Source of the DNA: an uncultured delta proteobacterium
Lineage (GTDB): Bacteria > Desulfobacterota > Desulfuromonadia > Geobacterales > DSM-12255
Assembly: GCA_963787125.1 (NCBI GenBank)
Contig: CAWBBV010000012.1
Span: forward strand, 192,001 to 256,000
Direction: 5' to 3'
Length of the DNA stretch: 64,000 bases
Shown: one piece after another, positions 60,524 to 64,000 of the stretch
How positions within the stretch are numbered: the stretch's first letter is position 1
How the letters are laid out: each line of letters starts with the position of its first letter
Made by a program: the position numbers and the translations under genes
Notes under the pieces: generated by a model
The model's database searches: none
Told to the model about the DNA's origin: nothing
What the model saw: the letters and a program-made list of their open reading frames with translations, nothing else

Positions 60524-61534
60524 ATGAAAGAAGCGATGTTCTATGATCGGGAGGAAGGCGCACAAGTACGCTGCGGTCTCTGCCGCTTCAACTGCCTGAT
60601 CAAAGACGGAGCTCGCGGTATCTGCAGAGTCCGTGAAAATCAACATGGCACCCTGTACACGCTTGTCTATGGCAAACTCTGCGCCGAGCATGTGGATCCC
60701 ATTGAGAAAAAGCCACTTTTCCACGTCATGCCGGGAAGCAGGTCCTACTCCATTGCGACAATGGGCTGCAACTTTCACTGTGAACATTGCCAGAACTACG
60801 GCATTTCCCAGATCAGCAGAGATGCACAGATACAGGGCGTAGAGTCGACGCCTCAGGAGATTGTCAACCGGGCTTTGAGGAGTAACTGCAGCTCAATCTC
60901 ATATACTTACACTGAACCGACCATCTTCTACGAGTTCGCCTACGATACCGCCCGTCTAGCCAGAGACGCCGGCTTGAAAAATATCTTTGTAACCAACGGC
61001 TACATCAGCAAAGAAGCGCTGGCAGCCATCGCCCCTTTTATGGATGCAGCCAATATAGATCTCAAAGGCTTTTCCGAAGGTTTTTATCGCGATGTTGTTC
61101 ATGCCCGACTCTCGGAAGTACTCGACTCGATAATTGAATATAAAATGGAGGGGATCTGGATCGAACTCACCACCCTGATTATCCCCGGCCTCAACGACTC
61201 AGATCGTGAACTTAAGGAGCTGGCGGATTTTATTGTCGCCAACCTAGGGGTAGACACCCCTTGGCACGTCAGCCAGTTCTACCCGACTTTCCGGCTTACC
61301 GACCGGCCGAGAACACCGGTAGAATCCCTGAAAAGGGCGTACGACATCGGTCGCGCCTCAGGATTACGTTATGTCTATATGGGCAATGTGCCGGGAGAAA
61401 ATGGTGAAAACAGCTTCTGTCCGGCCTGTTCAGCCCTGTTGATAAAGAGGCATGCCTTTAGCGTAATCAACAACAGGATCAATAATGGTGCCTGTCCTGA
61501 TTGTGGTGCTCTTATAGCCGGTATTTGGCTGTGA
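60524..61534 (+). CDS. amrS: AmmeMemoRadiSam system radical SAM enzyme
   Basis: DPIEKKPLFH, GCNFHCEHCQN, YTYTEP. Confidence 0.92.
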   Translation: MKEAMFYDREEGAQVRCGLCRFNCLIKDGARGICRVRENQHGTLYTLVYGKLCAEHVDPIEKKPLFHVMPGSRSYSIATMGCNFHCEHCQNYGISQISRDAQIQGVESTPQEIVNRALRSNCSSISYTYTEPTIFYEFAYDTARLARDAGLKNIFVTNGYISKEALAAIAPFMDAANIDLKGFSEGFYRDVVHARLSEVLDSIIEYKMEGIWIELTTLIIPGLNDSDRELKELADFIVANLGVDTPWHVSQFYPTFRLTDRPRTPVESLKRAYDIGRASGLRYVYMGNVPGENGENSFCPACSALLIKRHAFSVINNRINNGACPDCGALIAGIWL

Positions 61535-61574
61535 AATTGGCTCGTGTACAGGCTCATAATGGCTGCACCGACAA

Positions 61575-61729
61575 GCTCATAACGCCCCCCCCAACCCCCT
61601 CTTATTCTTAAGAGGACCCAAAGGGTCTAAAGGGGAGCTTAAAAGCAAAGACAAATCCCAAAATATCACCAATGCAACATCAAAGCGTCCCTCCCCTTAG
61701 TTAAGGGGAGGACAGGTGGGGTTAGCCTT
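61575..61729. repeat. REP-doublet-like unit, copy A
   Basis: GCTCATAACGCCCC..AACCCCCTCTTAT..TAAGAGG ... GCGTCCCTCCCCTTAGTTAAGGGGAGGACAGGTGGGGTTA. Confidence 0.88.
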
Positions 61730-62089
61730 CAGACATGCCACCTTCAACTCCAACATGGCAAATACGCCATCAATATTAACCAGTACTTCATTATTCCAGA
61801 ACCGTAACACTTCAACACCGTGAGCATTCAGGTAATTAGTACGAGCTGCATCATATTCTCTGCCATCAGACACGTTATGTTGTCCACCATCCAACTCCAC
61901 CGCCAATTTTATCTCGGGACAGTAGAAATCCAGAATGTAAGGCCCAAGGCTGTACTGACGAAAGAACTTCAGCCCGAGAAACTGTTTGTTGCGGACTTTT
62001 ATCCAGAAAACCCTTTCGGCATCGGTCTGTTTCCGTCGCAACTCACGTCGTCTTTCTTTTAGGATGGGATCGTTTTTCAGGAAGGTCAT
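61697..62089 (-). CDS. DUF559 (Vsr-like) endonuclease domain protein
   Basis: RELRRKQTDAE, FFRQY, YILDFYC, ELDGGQH, VLRFWN. Confidence 0.92.
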   Translation of the reverse strand: MTFLKNDPILKERRRELRRKQTDAERVFWIKVRNKQFLGLKFFRQYSLGPYILDFYCPEIKLAVELDGGQHNVSDGREYDAARTNYLNAHGVEVLRFWNNEVLVNIDGVFAMLELKVACLKANPTCPPLN

Positions 62090-62106
62090 TAACGCAACAC
62101 CAAAAG

Positions 62107-62250
62107 GCTCATAACGCCCCCCAACCCCCTCTTATCTTAAGAGGGGGAGCTAAAGGCCAAATCAAGGGCAAATAAACTCACATTACCACTACAGCAGCAT
62201 CCTTGCGTCCCTCCCCTTAGATAAGGGGAGGACAGGTGGGGTTACGCCTT
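62107..62250. repeat. REP-doublet-like unit, copy B
   Basis: Same two hairpin arms as copy A, in direct orientation, with a different spacer. Confidence 0.88.
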
Positions 62251-64000
62251 TTCCTTCCGCACCGGCTTTGCAGCCACGGCCAGCGGCGCAGTCAGCTGCT
62301 GATACCGCTCAAAGAGATAAGCCACCCGTTCGGCCTCGGTTTTAAAGATGGTTTTGCCATAGGCCGCATCAACGGCCCGGTCCAGGGTCTGATGAGCCTT
62401 TACCAGCTCCGGCGGCATGGTAAGTGGATCGTAAAGGTCGGCAAGAGTCGCTTGGGGGTGTTTGGCGCGGGCATCCAGCACCCTCTGCGCAGCGGCTTCA
62501 ATAGTCGCTCTCTGGGTGTCGGCGGCTGAAGGCCAGGGGAAGTTATTGTAGACGATACCGGCAGAGTATTGATAGTCACTTTTCATTCGTCCACAAACAG
62601 CACGCATCCAAGTCATATGCATGGTTGACTGAAGAACCCCAAAGTCATAAATCGTCGCATTGGGAACAACAAGTACTGACGGATTTATAATTATTTCAGG
62701 TGTCATAAACCCAAGAGGAACATAATATCTGTTTACTGAGGAAACCTTTGGAATCAACAAGTAAGGTGTAACTGGCTGACGATCCTCTCCAAAATCAGCT
62801 GGAAATCTCGCAAGTTCGCGTGTGGGCGCTTTGACGCTCTTAAGACGTTCTTCCTTGACCAACTCAACACGCTTCATAACATGTGGCATCATTCGTAATT
62901 CATGTGGAGCAACTCCTTTAAGCCATAAGCAGTAACGTTTCCCGCCATTAATGAATTCCTCTCCGCCGATAAACTCACGAATAAATGGTTTAGCAGCAGG
63001 TTCCGCAGCAATGAAACTATCAAGTTCTTCAGATTCAATTACAAAGTGTCCAAAGTCTACGGCTTTGCTACCGAATACAATTTCTGGAACTGGACATAGC
63101 GGGCGCATTCGCCTTTCAACCACCACATCAAGACCATCCACTAAATAGGGGTTGATATTTTTCGCTTTCATGGCATGCGGTTCGCTTTTAGGAGTATCGT
63201 AATCAAACAACCATTTCTCTGCCACATCCTGCAGTCCAAAACCAATAATAATACAATGCACCGCCGCCTTGCCCCTTGCTTCGCTGTTCCACTGGAAAGC
63301 GCGATGCGCAAAATGCAGCTTGACTCCACGACGAAACAGATCCGGCCAGAGAACGCCTACCTGCTCCCCTTGGGTGATGGAATTGGTGGAAACGAAGGCG
63401 GCACTAATGCTCCCTTCGACTCCGCTCAGGGAACAGACTGTTGGCTGAGCGGAGTCGAAGCCGGATTTTGCTTGTGCCATATACTCTGCCGCCTTGCGAT
63501 ACCAGCAACAGACATAGTCAAGAACTCCAACACCTTTTTGATCAGCAAACACGCGAAGCAAATCAGATTTCTGTTCGGCAGTTTGTTCTTTTTTCCCCAC
63601 AAACGGCGGATTACCCAACAGATACGAGAGCCGCCAAGGGCGGATCACCTCACCCCAATCAAGCCGCAAAGCATTGCCATGAACGATGTGCGGCGCTTTC
63701 TTCAGCGGCAGCCGGGCATAGTACATGCCGAACTCCTCCGACACCTTCAGATTCATCTGGTGGTCGGTGAGCCAGAGCGCAACTTCGGCGATGCGCGCCG
63801 GCCACTCTTCGATTTCGATGCCGTGGAACTGATCCACGTTGACACCGATGAGCTGGAACACGTCCAGCATCAGCTGGTCGTGCTGCCGTACCTGGCGCAA
63901 TACCTCCAGTTCCAGCAGGCGCAGCTCCCGGTAGGCAATGACCAGGAAGTTGCCGCAGCCGCAGGCCGGGTCGAAGAAAGTAAGTTGGGACAGCTTTTTC
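62242..64000 (-). CDS. MmeI-like type IIL restriction-modification enzyme, 5' part outside window
   Basis: FFDPACGCGNFL near 63970, GNPPF, TNSITQGEQ, TLADLYDP...AHQTLDRAVDAAYG. Confidence 0.92.
   Translation of the reverse strand, partial: KKLSQLTFFDPACGCGNFLVIAYRELRLLELEVLRQVRQHDQLMLDVFQLIGVNVDQFHGIEIEEWPARIAEVALWLTDHQMNLKVSEEFGMYYARLPLKKAPHIVHGNALRLDWGEVIRPWRLSYLLGNPPFVGKKEQTAEQKSDLLRVFADQKGVGVLDYVCCWYRKAAEYMAQAKSGFDSAQPTVCSLSGVEGSISAAFVSTNSITQGEQVGVLWPDLFRRGVKLHFAHRAFQWNSEARGKAAVHCIIIGFGLQDVAEKWLFDYDTPKSEPHAMKAKNINPYLVDGLDVVVERRMRPLCPVPEIVFGSKAVDFGHFVIESEELDSFIAAEPAAKPFIREFIGGEEFINGGKRYCLWLKGVAPHELRMMPHVMKRVELVKEERLKSVKAPTRELARFPADFGEDRQPVTPYLLIPKVSSVNRYYVPLGFMTPEIIINPSVLVVPNATIYDFGVLQSTMHMTWMRAVCGRMKSDYQYSAGIVYNNFPWPSAADTQRATIEAAAQRVLDARAKHPQATLADLYDPLTMPPELVKAHQTLDRAVDAAYGKTIFKTEAERVAYLFERYQQLTAPLAVAAKPVRKEKA
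63414..63460. repeat. palindromic REP-like element inside the R-M gene
   Basis: CTTCGACTCCGCTCAG / CTGAGCGGAGTCGAAG, 16-bp perfect arms, 15-nt loop. Confidence 0.9.

Noticed and set aside
1..64000. tRNA, rRNA, integrase and phage structural genes
   Set aside because: None recognised by eye; tRNAscan-SE and Rfam scans were not run

Overview
64 kb of a Geobacteraceae/Desulfuromonadales-like chromosome (host assignment is inferred from gene content, e.g. the 12-heme cytochrome and PEP-CTERM-type EPS genes). The core has tolC/MFP, moxR-DUF58-transglutaminase, ribBA-ribH-nusB-hom, thrC, purMN, rimI, pyrKD, dCMP deaminase-nrdR-ribD-ribE, a 13-gene exosortase-A/PEP-CTERM-type polysaccharide-modification operon, three Hsp20 genes and amrS. 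Three accessory zones interrupt it. (1) At 1-4300, an IS1380-family element joins a truncated efflux MFP gene to an AT-rich island encoding an N-truncated PolA/T7-RNAP-like protein. (2) At about 24.6-30.7 kb: a RAYT/Y1 transposase with terminal inverted repeats whose ends are serially re-duplicated, a truncated group IIC intron in an attC-like site, an integron-type cassette without integrase, a GC-rich beta-propeller lipoprotein, and an orphan ParB with candidate parS and iteron sites. (3) At 61.5-64 kb: a DUF559 nuclease between two REP-doublet-like repeats, and an MmeI-like R-M gene with an in-frame palindromic insertion and a compositionally distinct recognition domain. The rib operon appears split by a ~19 kb inversion. 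I saw no tRNA, rRNA or CRISPR array.
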